Part shown: positions 1 through 8,632 of the stretch, piece by piece | Position numbering within the stretch: the first letter of the stretch is position 1 | Layout of the letters: each line of letters opens with the position of its first letter | NCBI GenBank assembly: GCA_023419515.1 | Contig: JAEZXW010000028.1 | Coordinates: 6,411 to 70,410, forward strand | Direction: 5' to 3' | DNA: 64,000 nucleotides | DNA from: Actinomycetes bacterium | GTDB taxonomy: Bacteria; Actinomycetota; Coriobacteriia; Coriobacteriales; JAEZXW01 | Notes under the pieces: generated by a model | What the model saw: the letters and a program-made list of their open reading frames with translations, nothing else | The model's database searches: none | Told to the model about the DNA's origin: nothing | Made by a program: the position numbers and the translations under genes

Positions 1-407
1 GTGGAGCTTTTACCGACGTAGCCGCCGATAAGGTGCAGGGTGTTGCCGATAAGATCGCCGCTGGTGTTGCTGCTGCCGCAGATAAGGTGACCCAGGCTGC
101 TCAGCAGGTCAAGGAGTTTACGAACGAAAAGGCTGCTCAGGCTGGTGCTACCACGGCTTCAGTAGGTGAGGATGCTGTCCTTAACATCTCGGGTAAGCTT
201 GAAGAAGCAGCCGAGGTTGTTGAGAACAAGGGTGCCGATGTAATTGATGCTGCAGCTGAGAAGGCTCATCAGGCAGTTGATGCTGCGCAAGGTGCTGGCA
301 AGAAGGCCGCTCAGGAGGCTTCAAAGGTTGCCGATAAGAGCGCAGAGGTCGCAGATAAGGCATCAAAAGAGGCTCAGAAAAAGATTGACGAGGTCAAGAA
401 GGCGTAG
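1..407 (+). CDS. Ala/Lys/Gln-rich LEA-/YtxH-like stress protein; 5' end is outside the window
   Basis: Frame 3 is open from the window edge, with stop TAG at 405-407. The product is low-complexity and amphipathic (..DKVTQAAQQVKEF..KKAAQEASKVADKSAEVADKASKEAQKKIDEVKKA). The function is inferred from composition only. Confidence 0.5.
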   Translation, partial: GAFTDVAADKVQGVADKIAAGVAAAADKVTQAAQQVKEFTNEKAAQAGATTASVGEDAVLNISGKLEEAAEVVENKGADVIDAAAEKAHQAVDAAQGAGKKAAQEASKVADKSAEVADKASKEAQKKIDEVKKA

Positions 408-452
408 GGTCTTCTCGGTCACATTCATCGGTTTTATTTACGAGATACATCA

Positions 453-496
453 GATGCCCATGGAGCCTCGGATTTCCGAGCGCCTGCATGGGCATC
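453..496 (+). other. Strong nested hairpin or palindrome between two stress-protein genes
   Basis: GATGCCCATG (453-462) and CATGGGCATC (487-496) form a perfect 10-bp inverted repeat. It encloses a second inverted repeat, CTCGGA (467-472) / TCCGAG (475-480). No U-run follows. It sits just upstream of the SD GAGGTGG of the next CDS. Confidence 0.6.
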
Positions 497-514
497 TTGC
501 TATGAGGTGGGCAC

Positions 515-1324
515 ATGCTCAGTACCCAAGAAATGCACGGCATCAAGGTACGCAAAAAGCCAGGATCGATGTGGTCGTGGGGTAAGGTATGGCGTACAGT
601 TTTCTCACCCGACGGTAAGCGCGTCGTTGGATTTATCATCAAACGCCCCGATTTACTCTGGGCATTTAAGCGCGCCGATAAGTTCTTAGCGCTCGATGCT
701 TTTGAAGAGGATCACGGTGCCATCGTGGCGACTCAAGGGGCGTTGAGCTGGGATCAAAAGGCGATCAGGCGCCTTGACCTTGATTGGGATCAGTGCATCA
801 TTTGGGAGGGTATGGACGTCAAAACCACGAGCGGCAAAGAGCTTGGTCATGTGGGTGCCCTGACCTTTAACACCCAGACGGGTGCGGTCGGCGATATTGT
901 GGTGACCGATGGGGCAGCTTCTCGCGCGCTCATTGGTAATATCACCATTCCAGCCGATCACTATCTTGGGTATCGCGATGGCTTTTTGATCGTCGATGAT
1001 CAGGCGGGCAGTCTTGATCCTGAGGGCGGTCTTGCTGCTCAGGCTGGACGAGCAACTGCAAAAGCAGCAGAAAGTGCGCGCCAGGTTGGCAAAAAATTAC
1101 AGGGTGTTGCCCAGGATGCCGCCCAGGGTGTCGCTAAAAAAGTTCAGCAGAAAGCGGCTGCACAGACCAAGGATGTTTCGCGTACCCAGCAAGCGTTGAC
1201 CAAGCAGGCGACCGAGGCATATGACCAGGGAACTTATGCGCTTGGTAAGCAGCTTGGCAAAACTAAGGGTATGTTTTCTGCTTTTAAAGAGGAATTTAAA
1301 AAGGCACAAAAAGATGAGGATTAA
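515..1324 (+). CDS. PRC-barrel domain protein with an LEA-like A/K/Q-rich C-terminal tail
   Basis: SD GAGGTGG lies 5 nt before ATG 515. The N-terminal half looks like a PRC barrel (..VFSPDGKRVVGFII.., ..GKELGHVGALTFNTQTGAVGDIVV..). The last ~100 aa are low-complexity (AKAAESARQVGKKLQGVAQDAAQGVAKKVQQKAAAQ..), like the upstream gene. Confidence 0.6.
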   Translation: MLSTQEMHGIKVRKKPGSMWSWGKVWRTVFSPDGKRVVGFIIKRPDLLWAFKRADKFLALDAFEEDHGAIVATQGALSWDQKAIRRLDLDWDQCIIWEGMDVKTTSGKELGHVGALTFNTQTGAVGDIVVTDGAASRALIGNITIPADHYLGYRDGFLIVDDQAGSLDPEGGLAAQAGRATAKAAESARQVGKKLQGVAQDAAQGVAKKVQQKAAAQTKDVSRTQQALTKQATEAYDQGTYALGKQLGKTKGMFSAFKEEFKKAQKDED

Positions 1325-1386
1325 AGATGCATACTAGCAGCACTTTAATACTTCAACGTGGTTGATGAAAGAAGGCATGCTTAGCA

Positions 1387-2784
1387 ATGTCAGATAAAAA
1401 CGAAGTTTCAAACGCAGCAGATAATTCAACCAAACACATTGGTCGCAGCCTTAATCACAATAATGCCCGTGCGACGTATAAGCCATTGAAAACTCACCCC
1501 AACAAGAGGCGCAAGGGTGATCTGTTGATGGGCGGTATCTCCTCAGGTGGCTTTCGTCCCACGGGCAGGCCGCACAATCCGCGTTACTTTACTTCGCTCA
1601 CGCAGCGTAGCTTCTTTGGCGCGGTGATCTTTGTGCTCGTCGCCGTTATTCTGGCGATTATTGGCATCGTGCTCTTTTTGCACCGTCCGGTCTCAGTCAC
1701 GATCGATGGTGCCGAGGCAACGGTGTCAAACGGTTCAAGCATTGCTCAGCTCGTTAAAGATAAAAAGACCGAGGCAATTTACGGCAATCTTATTGATGTT
1801 GAGGGCGTGTTGCTTAAAGAGGGTGAGGGCGAGCGTTACACCGTGAGTGTGAATGGCTCAGACCTTGGCGAGGAGATTGATAATTATCGCGTTCATCAGG
1901 GCGATGACATTGAGTTTACGAACGGTGTCGATAAAACCGAGCCCTATGATTCTCAGCAGACTGAGATCCCCTATGAATGGGAGTTTAACAAGGGCGCTGG
2001 TGCGGTGATGTTTGTTAAGCAATGGGGTCATGTGGGTGTGAGCGAGGTGGTGACCGGTAAGCTCTCGGGCAAGACGGTCGATCGTGGCGTGGTCACTGAG
2101 CCTCAAAATACGGTGGTGACCTGGCATAATGTCCATCCTAAGGATGATGAGAAGCTCGTGGCAATCACCTTTGATGACGGTCCTTCCAAGTACACCGAGA
2201 CCTTTCTTGAGATTCTGAAAAAGTATGATGTCAAGGCAACCTTCTTTATGGTGGGTCGAGGAGTTAAGCAATTTCCTGAGTTGGCAAAAAAGGTTGCCGA
2301 GGCAGGCCATCAGGTTGCTGGTCATACCATGAATCACCCTAATTTGACTAAGGTTTCAGTTGAGACGCTCCACAGTGAGCTTGATGACTCGTTTGGCCTT
2401 ATTGAGCAGGCATCAGGCGTGAAGTCAAAGGTGTTGCGTCCGCCATATGGCGCTTTTAATTACGAGGTGTTCAAAGCTGCTGATAGTCGCTTGACGGCAG
2501 TGGTTAATTGGAACGTTGACTCAGTTGACTGGAAGCGCCCCGGTGCTGATGCGATCATGGCGAATGCAACTGGGCACATGAAGCCTGGCTACATCATCCT
2601 CATGCACGATGGCGGCGGTCCTCGCGAGCAAGGCATCGAGGCCTTGCCCAAGATCATTGAGGCATGGAAGGCAGCCGGTTATCGCTTTGTGACGATCAGT
2701 GAGCTTTTGCAGTCTGATCCTGATATACCTGAGGATGTTATCAAGTCGATGGCAGGACCAAACGGTGGTGTTGCGTCGGAGTAA
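1387..2784 (+). CDS. Membrane-anchored polysaccharide/peptidoglycan deacetylase (CE4 NodB domain) with a DUF348/G5-like region
   Basis: NodB motifs are present: VAITFDDGPSKYT, GHQVAGHTMNHPNL, LRPPYGAFN, IILMHDGGG. There is an N-terminal TM helix (FFGAVIFVLVAVILAIIGIVLFL), followed by a YabE/G5-like segment. Confidence 0.85.
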   Translation: MSDKNEVSNAADNSTKHIGRSLNHNNARATYKPLKTHPNKRRKGDLLMGGISSGGFRPTGRPHNPRYFTSLTQRSFFGAVIFVLVAVILAIIGIVLFLHRPVSVTIDGAEATVSNGSSIAQLVKDKKTEAIYGNLIDVEGVLLKEGEGERYTVSVNGSDLGEEIDNYRVHQGDDIEFTNGVDKTEPYDSQQTEIPYEWEFNKGAGAVMFVKQWGHVGVSEVVTGKLSGKTVDRGVVTEPQNTVVTWHNVHPKDDEKLVAITFDDGPSKYTETFLEILKKYDVKATFFMVGRGVKQFPELAKKVAEAGHQVAGHTMNHPNLTKVSVETLHSELDDSFGLIEQASGVKSKVLRPPYGAFNYEVFKAADSRLTAVVNWNVDSVDWKRPGADAIMANATGHMKPGYIILMHDGGGPREQGIEALPKIIEAWKAAGYRFVTISELLQSDPDIPEDVIKSMAGPNGGVASE

Positions 2785-2863
2785 TGCAGCGTTGCGGCGG
2801 AGAGCGTCGGAGCTGGAGACTGCATCAGGAGCACCGAGGATCTATCGTCACGCTGCCCCGCGC

Positions 2864-3541
2864 TCACCTCTCTTCATAATTGATCCCCAGCCTATTGAGT
2901 AAGCTGATGTTATCTTCATCGACGACCCAGCTGACCTGCTGATCAAACTGATTGGGAAAGGCATTCTCAATACGCTGTGTGGCAAAGCAAATGCCTATCG
3001 AATGTGTTGCAGTACCGTTTGCTTCATATCGAGCAAAGTAGCGGTCATAATACCCTGCGCCGTACCCAATACGAAAATGATGCTCGTCGAAGGCAAGTCC
3101 AGGCACGAGCATAATGTCAATTTCCTCAGGCTCATACAAATGACGTCCGTCCAAGAGGTCTTCTGAATAGACCAAAAATGGCTGAGTGAGATAGCGAGGT
3201 TGCTTCTCACGAGGGCTCTGGAGGTCTTCAGTGCCGGTCAAAATGAACTCCATGCGTCCCTCAGGCAGGCAGATTGGCACAACGTACTCGATGTTATAAG
3301 TCGCAAGTAGGGGATGGGTGTAGAGCGCACTCAGGTCAACTTCATCATCAATCGGTGCATAGGTCGCGATGGTGAAGAGTCGATCGGTGCCTGGCTCATC
3401 CTCAAGGTACGAGGTGATTGTCACTTGTATCAACGCCGCCGTACGATCGACAATTTCTTTGGTCGCCTCTGTGCGATATGCCTCATCGAGGGCTGCGCGC
3501 CTTGCCTTGGCCTCTTGGCGAATTATGGATTTAGCTGACAT
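2864..3541 (-). CDS. 5-formyltetrahydrofolate cyclo-ligase family protein
   Basis: I chose the start MSAKSIIRQEAK.. because SD AGGAGGAG lies just upstream; the longer ORF reaching 3610 has no SD. Family motifs: LVPGLAFDEHHFRIGYGAGYYDRYF. Confidence 0.8.
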   Translation of the reverse strand: MSAKSIIRQEAKARRAALDEAYRTEATKEIVDRTAALIQVTITSYLEDEPGTDRLFTIATYAPIDDEVDLSALYTHPLLATYNIEYVVPICLPEGRMEFILTGTEDLQSPREKQPRYLTQPFLVYSEDLLDGRHLYEPEEIDIMLVPGLAFDEHHFRIGYGAGYYDRYFARYEANGTATHSIGICFATQRIENAFPNQFDQQVSWVVDEDNISLLNRLGINYEER

Positions 3542-3620
3542 TGTTCTCCTCCTAAATACACAAAAATGGCGACAAAAGTCTTGCATAATATCAGTAAGCG
3601 CTGATCGCAAGGAGGAAACT

Positions 3621-5051
3621 ATGCAAGTATCATACGGTCGCTCTCAGCAGTATCATGTCCTCGATTATACGCTTACGGTGCCACTCGATCACTTTGCTGG
3701 CGGCGAGTACACCGCCTTTCTTTCTGATAAGACTGCGCAAGAAATTGCTGTTCAATCCCATATGAAGGCTCTTAATATCTTTGCCCGCGAGGTCACGCTT
3801 GCTGATGAGGTTGAGGAGGCCTCTCAAAGCCAGCGCCTTGGCCTTGAGCCTATCTCGACTAAGCCGTGCATTCTCTATCTCCAGGGAGGTCCAGGTTGCG
3901 CGAGCCCGCGTCCTTCTTCTGTGCCGCCCTTTGTTGAGCATCTTGCCAAGCGTTTTCGCGTCATCTTGCTCGATCAGCGAGGCTTAGGAAATTCAACACC
4001 TCAAAATGCCGCAACGCTTGGTAACTTGCCGCTTGAAGAGCAGGTTCAACGCTTAAGCCACTTACGCGCCGATCAGATCGTAGGAGATGCTGAGGCGCTT
4101 CGTCAGGCGTTGTTGGGAGATGAGTCTTGGTATCTTTTGGGTCAGAGCTTTGGCGGCTTTTGTATCCTCAATTACCTTTCAAATCCAAAGTTTTCTCAGT
4201 ATGTTGCTGGTGCACTCGTGACGGGAGGCTTGGCTGCCATCAATCACAGCGCCGATGAGATCTATCGCAAGACCTACGAGCAGACGCGCCAGCGCAACCT
4301 CGATCTGTTTGAGTGTTACCCTGAAGTTGAGCCTATCATCCGTAAGGTTTGTGCCTATCTTGATGAACATGAGGTCTACTTGCCCACGGGTACTCGTTTG
4401 AGCTCTCGGATGCTCCGGACGGTCGGCATTGATCTTGGCCGCAGCACAGGGCTTGAGAGTATCAAGTATCTCTTTGAGGATCCGTTCGATGTGTCGATCG
4501 ATGCTGATGGTAGAGCGCATAACACGCTCAAGCAGCGCTTCTTATGGCAGGTGGCTGAGCGTGTCTCATACCATGAGCATCCGCTCTACGCCGTAATCCA
4601 CGAGGCGATCTATGCAGGTGCCTCATCATGCGTGGCAGGTGAGGCGACTCAGTGGAGTGCCGAGCGTATGCGGGATGCGGTGCCTGGATTTGCTGAAGGT
4701 GCTAATCCGCTCGATGAGACGGTGCCATACTACTTGACGGGTGAGCATATCTATCCGTGGTTCTTTGACGAGATGCCCGAACTTAAGCCCCTCAAAGAGG
4801 CAGCGTTTGTCTTGGCTGAGAAAACAGATTGGCCAGCGCTCTACAATTTTGAGGTGCTTAAAGCAAACCAGGTCCCGGTGGCTGCGGCAGTTTATCCGCA
4901 GGATATGTATGTGCCATACGAGTATTCGCGCGAGGATCTCAATTTGGTTGGCAACCTTAAGATTGTGGAGTTTCCTGAGGATCATCACAATGCGTTGCGT
5001 GCAAAAGGTCCAGAGGTGCTCGACTGCTTGTTGGCAGAGCTCGGCATCTAA
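3621..5051 (+). CDS. Prolyl aminopeptidase-type alpha/beta hydrolase (S33-like)
   Basis: SD GGAGGA at 3611-3616 precedes ATG 3621. The sequence has the oxyanion region LYLQGGPGCASPRP and the nucleophile elbow LLGQSFGG. The ORF-track extension back to 3369 is antisense to the neighbouring gene and was rejected. Confidence 0.75.
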   Translation: MQVSYGRSQQYHVLDYTLTVPLDHFAGGEYTAFLSDKTAQEIAVQSHMKALNIFAREVTLADEVEEASQSQRLGLEPISTKPCILYLQGGPGCASPRPSSVPPFVEHLAKRFRVILLDQRGLGNSTPQNAATLGNLPLEEQVQRLSHLRADQIVGDAEALRQALLGDESWYLLGQSFGGFCILNYLSNPKFSQYVAGALVTGGLAAINHSADEIYRKTYEQTRQRNLDLFECYPEVEPIIRKVCAYLDEHEVYLPTGTRLSSRMLRTVGIDLGRSTGLESIKYLFEDPFDVSIDADGRAHNTLKQRFLWQVAERVSYHEHPLYAVIHEAIYAGASSCVAGEATQWSAERMRDAVPGFAEGANPLDETVPYYLTGEHIYPWFFDEMPELKPLKEAAFVLAEKTDWPALYNFEVLKANQVPVAAAVYPQDMYVPYEYSREDLNLVGNLKIVEFPEDHHNALRAKGPEVLDCLLAELGI

Positions 5052-5124
5052 GGGAGAGCCCGCGTGCATTGAAGGAGATTTGGTGCGCCAAAGAGAGACG
5101 CAGTTTCTTTGACAGCACCGCTCC

Positions 5125-6501
5125 TCACGCGAGCGTTCCCAGCCCGAGCGCCTGAAAGATAAAAAGCGCAATCGTGAGCAGGGCGACCACGATGATGGTT
5201 GCCCAGAGCAAAACATTCCAGAGCAGACCGTTGGCGTAGTTTCCCATGATGTGCTTGTCGTTGATGATAAAGACCATAAACACGAGCAAGATGGGGAGCA
5301 AAACGCCCGAGACCACCTGCGCCATCACCATCACGGCAAAGAGATTGATACCAGGGATTAAAACAATAATGACCGAGATTACAAGGATACTGGTTAAAAT
5401 ACCCTTGTAAGCAGGGGCTTCGCTCCAGCTTCGGTCGGTTCCACGCTCCCAGCCAAAGGCTTCACAGATGGCAGAGGCAGTTACTCCTGGCAAGACGCAA
5501 GCCGCCAAGAACGAGGCGGCAACCAAGCCTGCTGAAAAGAGCATCTCGGCGTAAGGGCCTGCGATAGGCGCGAGGGCTCGGGCGGCATCCGCCGCCTCTT
5601 CGATCACGATGCCCGCGGGGTGCAAGACCGCTGCGGTCGTCACGATGATGAACCACGAAACCACGCAGGCGATAATTGCACCACTCACCGCATCAACACG
5701 TTGATAGATGAGGTCTTTGATCTCTGCGCCTTTCTCGACCACCGAGCTTTGCGCCAAAAAAATCATCCATGGTGCGATTGTTGCACCAATGGTAGCGATG
5801 AGCAGCGAAAAGAAATTGGAGTCGGGAACAATCTGAGGCACAAAGGTGTCGTGCATGACCTCGCCCCACGAAGGACCAGCCAAAAAGGCCGCAACCACGT
5901 AGGTGATAAAGACGCAGGAGACCGCCAGTAGGATCTTTTCGACGCGTTTGTACGAGCCGCTCATAACGAGCAACCATACTATGATGCCTGCCAGCGGCAC
6001 GCTCACGTATTTGGGGATACCAAAGAGCTCCATGCCCGAGGCGATACCAGCAAATTCAGAAAACGTGACGGCAATGTTTGACGAGAGCAGCGCGAGCATG
6101 GCGAGTGAGGTGAGTCTGATGCCAAAGCGCTCGCGAATGAGCGACGAGAGCCCTTTGCCGGTGACCGTTCCCATTCGCACTGCTGATTCTTGGACGACGA
6201 CCAGCAAAAAAGTCATGATGAGGATCATCCAGAGGGTCTTGTAACCAAAGAGTGCTCCGGCGTTGGAGTAGGTCGAGATACCACCGGCATCGTTTCCCGC
6301 CATGGCAGCAACAAAGCCTGGACCCATCGCAGCGAGCATGAGAAGCCAGCGAGGACGTTCTTTCTCAGACTTGGCCGGTGCGCCCTGAGTGCCTGGTGTG
6401 CTCTGGATTTGGGTGTTTGGCGTTCCTGTTGCATGGGCACCCTCTGCGTCGTGAACGCCCTGATTGCCCTGCGCTTTTCTTGCCTTAAACAAGAGCGTCA
6501 T
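5125..6501 (-). CDS. SLC11/NRAMP-family transporter with an NRMT-type (Mg2+-type) altered metal site
   Basis: About 11 TM helices. TM1 reads GPGFVAAMAGNDAGGISTYS (canonical DPGN becomes DAGG). TM6 reads IGATIAPWMIF (canonical ..MPH becomes APW). The ATG is 1 nt downstream of the stop of the preceding CDS. Confidence 0.8.
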   Translation of the reverse strand: MTLLFKARKAQGNQGVHDAEGAHATGTPNTQIQSTPGTQGAPAKSEKERPRWLLMLAAMGPGFVAAMAGNDAGGISTYSNAGALFGYKTLWMILIMTFLLVVVQESAVRMGTVTGKGLSSLIRERFGIRLTSLAMLALLSSNIAVTFSEFAGIASGMELFGIPKYVSVPLAGIIVWLLVMSGSYKRVEKILLAVSCVFITYVVAAFLAGPSWGEVMHDTFVPQIVPDSNFFSLLIATIGATIAPWMIFLAQSSVVEKGAEIKDLIYQRVDAVSGAIIACVVSWFIIVTTAAVLHPAGIVIEEAADAARALAPIAGPYAEMLFSAGLVAASFLAACVLPGVTASAICEAFGWERGTDRSWSEAPAYKGILTSILVISVIIVLIPGINLFAVMVMAQVVSGVLLPILLVFMVFIINDKHIMGNYANGLLWNVLLWATIIVVALLTIALFIFQALGLGTLA

Positions 6502-6502
6502 C

Positions 6503-8329
6503 TTAGATCAGTCCAACCATGCGCAGGCCAGCTAATACACAGCCAATAAAAGCAAGGCTTGAGACGGTCATCACCATCGGCGTGATGATGCTCGATGAGA
6601 GCGGGCGCTCGATTTTATCGGCGTATTCAAACAATGCGATAAGCGGTGTGGTACAAGCAATCACCAGCGCGCTGATGAGCGCCACTGAAATACACAAGAC
6701 AAGTAGCGCCTCTTGTGGCAGGTGAGGAGCGGTAGCGACGGTTCCCGCGCCATAGAGGGTCAGCGCAAAGAGCGCACCCATCAGGATGCCCAGACCGCTG
6801 TGGCGTAAGACCTGTTGGCTGCGCTTAACCCGGGCGTCCTCATCGTCATCATCTGCCTCAATGAGTTGGGCAGTTGCAAAGCTTGTTGTGTCAGCCGCCA
6901 CAAGAATGATGACGGGCAGGAGCAATACAAGCGAGATGCCATAGGGAAGCTGGGTGACAAATACCACGATGGTAAGGACGACCCAGATAAAAAACCACGT
7001 GCTGCGCGTTAAGAACCAGCGCAGGTCATGGCCTGGCTTATCGTCCTCAGCGCTCACACCTCGGCTTGAGCCTGCTAGCTGCAAATCTTCGAGATGCTCT
7101 TCTTGCATGACTTCGAGGGCATCGTCAACCGTGACAATACCGAGGAGCACGTTGTTCTCATCAACAACTGGCATGGCAACCAAATCATACTTTGCAATTT
7201 GCGAGGCGACTTCTTCTTGGTCTTCGTCAGGATCAATGGTAATGAGATCGTTGAATGCCAGCTCGTGCAACTTTTGCTCAGGGGAGGCGCACGCAATGTC
7301 GCGGAGCGAAAGTACGCCTTTCAGCACACCCGTGTCGTCGATCGTATAGATGTTATAGACCGTCTCGTGATCTTCATCGAGGTTGCGCAAGACCTCGATA
7401 GCATCGGCGGCGCTCGCATGCTCATCAAGGGCAACGACCTCGGTCGTCATGATACCGCCAGCAGTCTTGTCGCGATAGCCTAAGAGCTTTCGGATGGCGC
7501 GCTGCTCGTCAATACCCATGAGCTTGAGGAGGCGCTCTGCTTTATCGTACGAAAGCTCGCCGATCAGATCGGCCGCGTCGTCTGGATCCATCGAGGCGAT
7601 CATGTCGGATGCCTTGCGATCAGGCAGGTCATCGATGACGTCTGCTTGGTATTCGCCTTCCATCTCGGCCATGGTGTCTGCCGCCCGCTCGGTATCCAGC
7701 TGAGCAAAGACACGAGCCCTCAAACGAGGATCGAGTTGCTCGATAATATCGGCGACGTCTGCCGGGTGCAGCTCATCCAAGCGCTTATGCGAAACCGAAA
7801 GCTTCACCTGAGACAAATCGCGTTCAAGCAGATCCATGTAGTTCCAAGCGATGAGCTTTTCGGGGATTGGTCGTCCAATGAGCTGGGCAATCTTGGTGGT
7901 GATCTTGTCGAGCTGAGGAGAGAGGGTATGTAACAACCCGCGCAGACCAACCTCAGCGCCGAGTAGTCGGAGCTGATCTTTGCCAGAGAGCGAAAGCTTG
8001 AGATCGTTGACGCGAACGACCTTCATACCTTGAGTGTCGACAATTTGCTTGTCCATGAGATCGCGGTTAAGCAAAAGCTCAGAAGGCTGCAGGTAGCTAA
8101 AGCGAATTTCATGCGCGGGAACGGCAAGACGGATGCCCTCCTCATCGAGGGACTCAACATATTTGCGCCAGCTGATCATGAACGGTGTCTTTGAGGGACC
8201 ACGAAACGCAAGTGAGGTCACCCGAGGAAAGACCTCGCCGGTGGCAATGCCAAGATCATTGACGGTTCCGATTTTTTCGCCCGTGGCATCAAACACGGGC
8301 AGACCAAGAATCTGTGACAAATAATTCAT
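6503..8329 (-). CDS. PRC-barrel + MgtE-N + tandem-CBS protein with a divergent 5-TM MgtE-like membrane domain
   Basis: SD AGGAG lies 5 nt before ATG 8329 (MNYLSQILGLPVFDATGEKIGTV..). An MgtE_N-like region is present (LHPADVADIIEQLDPRLRARVF) along with CBS pairs. The C-terminal 5 TM helices lack the GGNxGxQ and DPA pore motifs (PVIILVAADTTSFATAQ; ERPLSS). Confidence 0.7.
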   Translation of the reverse strand: MNYLSQILGLPVFDATGEKIGTVNDLGIATGEVFPRVTSLAFRGPSKTPFMISWRKYVESLDEEGIRLAVPAHEIRFSYLQPSELLLNRDLMDKQIVDTQGMKVVRVNDLKLSLSGKDQLRLLGAEVGLRGLLHTLSPQLDKITTKIAQLIGRPIPEKLIAWNYMDLLERDLSQVKLSVSHKRLDELHPADVADIIEQLDPRLRARVFAQLDTERAADTMAEMEGEYQADVIDDLPDRKASDMIASMDPDDAADLIGELSYDKAERLLKLMGIDEQRAIRKLLGYRDKTAGGIMTTEVVALDEHASAADAIEVLRNLDEDHETVYNIYTIDDTGVLKGVLSLRDIACASPEQKLHELAFNDLITIDPDEDQEEVASQIAKYDLVAMPVVDENNVLLGIVTVDDALEVMQEEHLEDLQLAGSSRGVSAEDDKPGHDLRWFLTRSTWFFIWVVLTIVVFVTQLPYGISLVLLLPVIILVAADTTSFATAQLIEADDDDEDARVKRSQQVLRHSGLGILMGALFALTLYGAGTVATAPHLPQEALLVLCISVALISALVIACTTPLIALFEYADKIERPLSSSIITPMVMTVSSLAFIGCVLAGLRMVGLI

Positions 8330-8504
8330 AGTGCTCCTGATGCAAGACATAGCAGTGTGATGATGATGTTAGGTACCCTCACACGCCTTACTCAAAAAGC
8401 ACATGAGGGCTATCAACTGAACGGTCGGTCTTTCAAGCGATAGCCTTTCTACAACGATTGTTCAAAACGATTGTAACTGACCCAGCATAACAAATAGCCA
8501 GTCC

Positions 8505-8546
8505 AATAAAAAGAGCAGCTCCTCGCTTGAGTGCGAAGAGCTGCTC
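8505..8546 (-). terminator. Rho-independent terminator downstream of the NhaC-family gene
   Basis: On the minus strand: GAGCAGCTC-(16 nt)-GAGCTGCTC followed by TTTTTAT. The plus-strand arms are at 8513-8521 and 8538-8546. Confidence 0.7.
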
Positions 8547-8632
8547 GGATTCACGTTTGTACGATGGTCTGGCTGTTTGCTCGGTTGAGGTGAGACGCGC
8601 CTTGATGGCAGGAGCGTCGTGGTTGGTGCGGT

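Noticed and set aside
3369-3620. A long N-terminal extension of the aminopeptidase ORF (the track gives 3369-5051, 560 aa).
   Set aside because: The extension is antisense to the 5-formyl-THF cyclo-ligase gene, has no family similarity, and a strong SD (GGAGGA) precedes ATG 3621. The real CDS is 3621-5051.
8351-8505. A possible M-box (ykoK) Mg2+ riboswitch upstream of the MgtE-like gene.
   Set aside because: I could not find the conserved M-box blocks on the coding (minus) strand. A GTTAGGT match at about 8366 is on the wrong strand. This needs an Infernal scan to settle.
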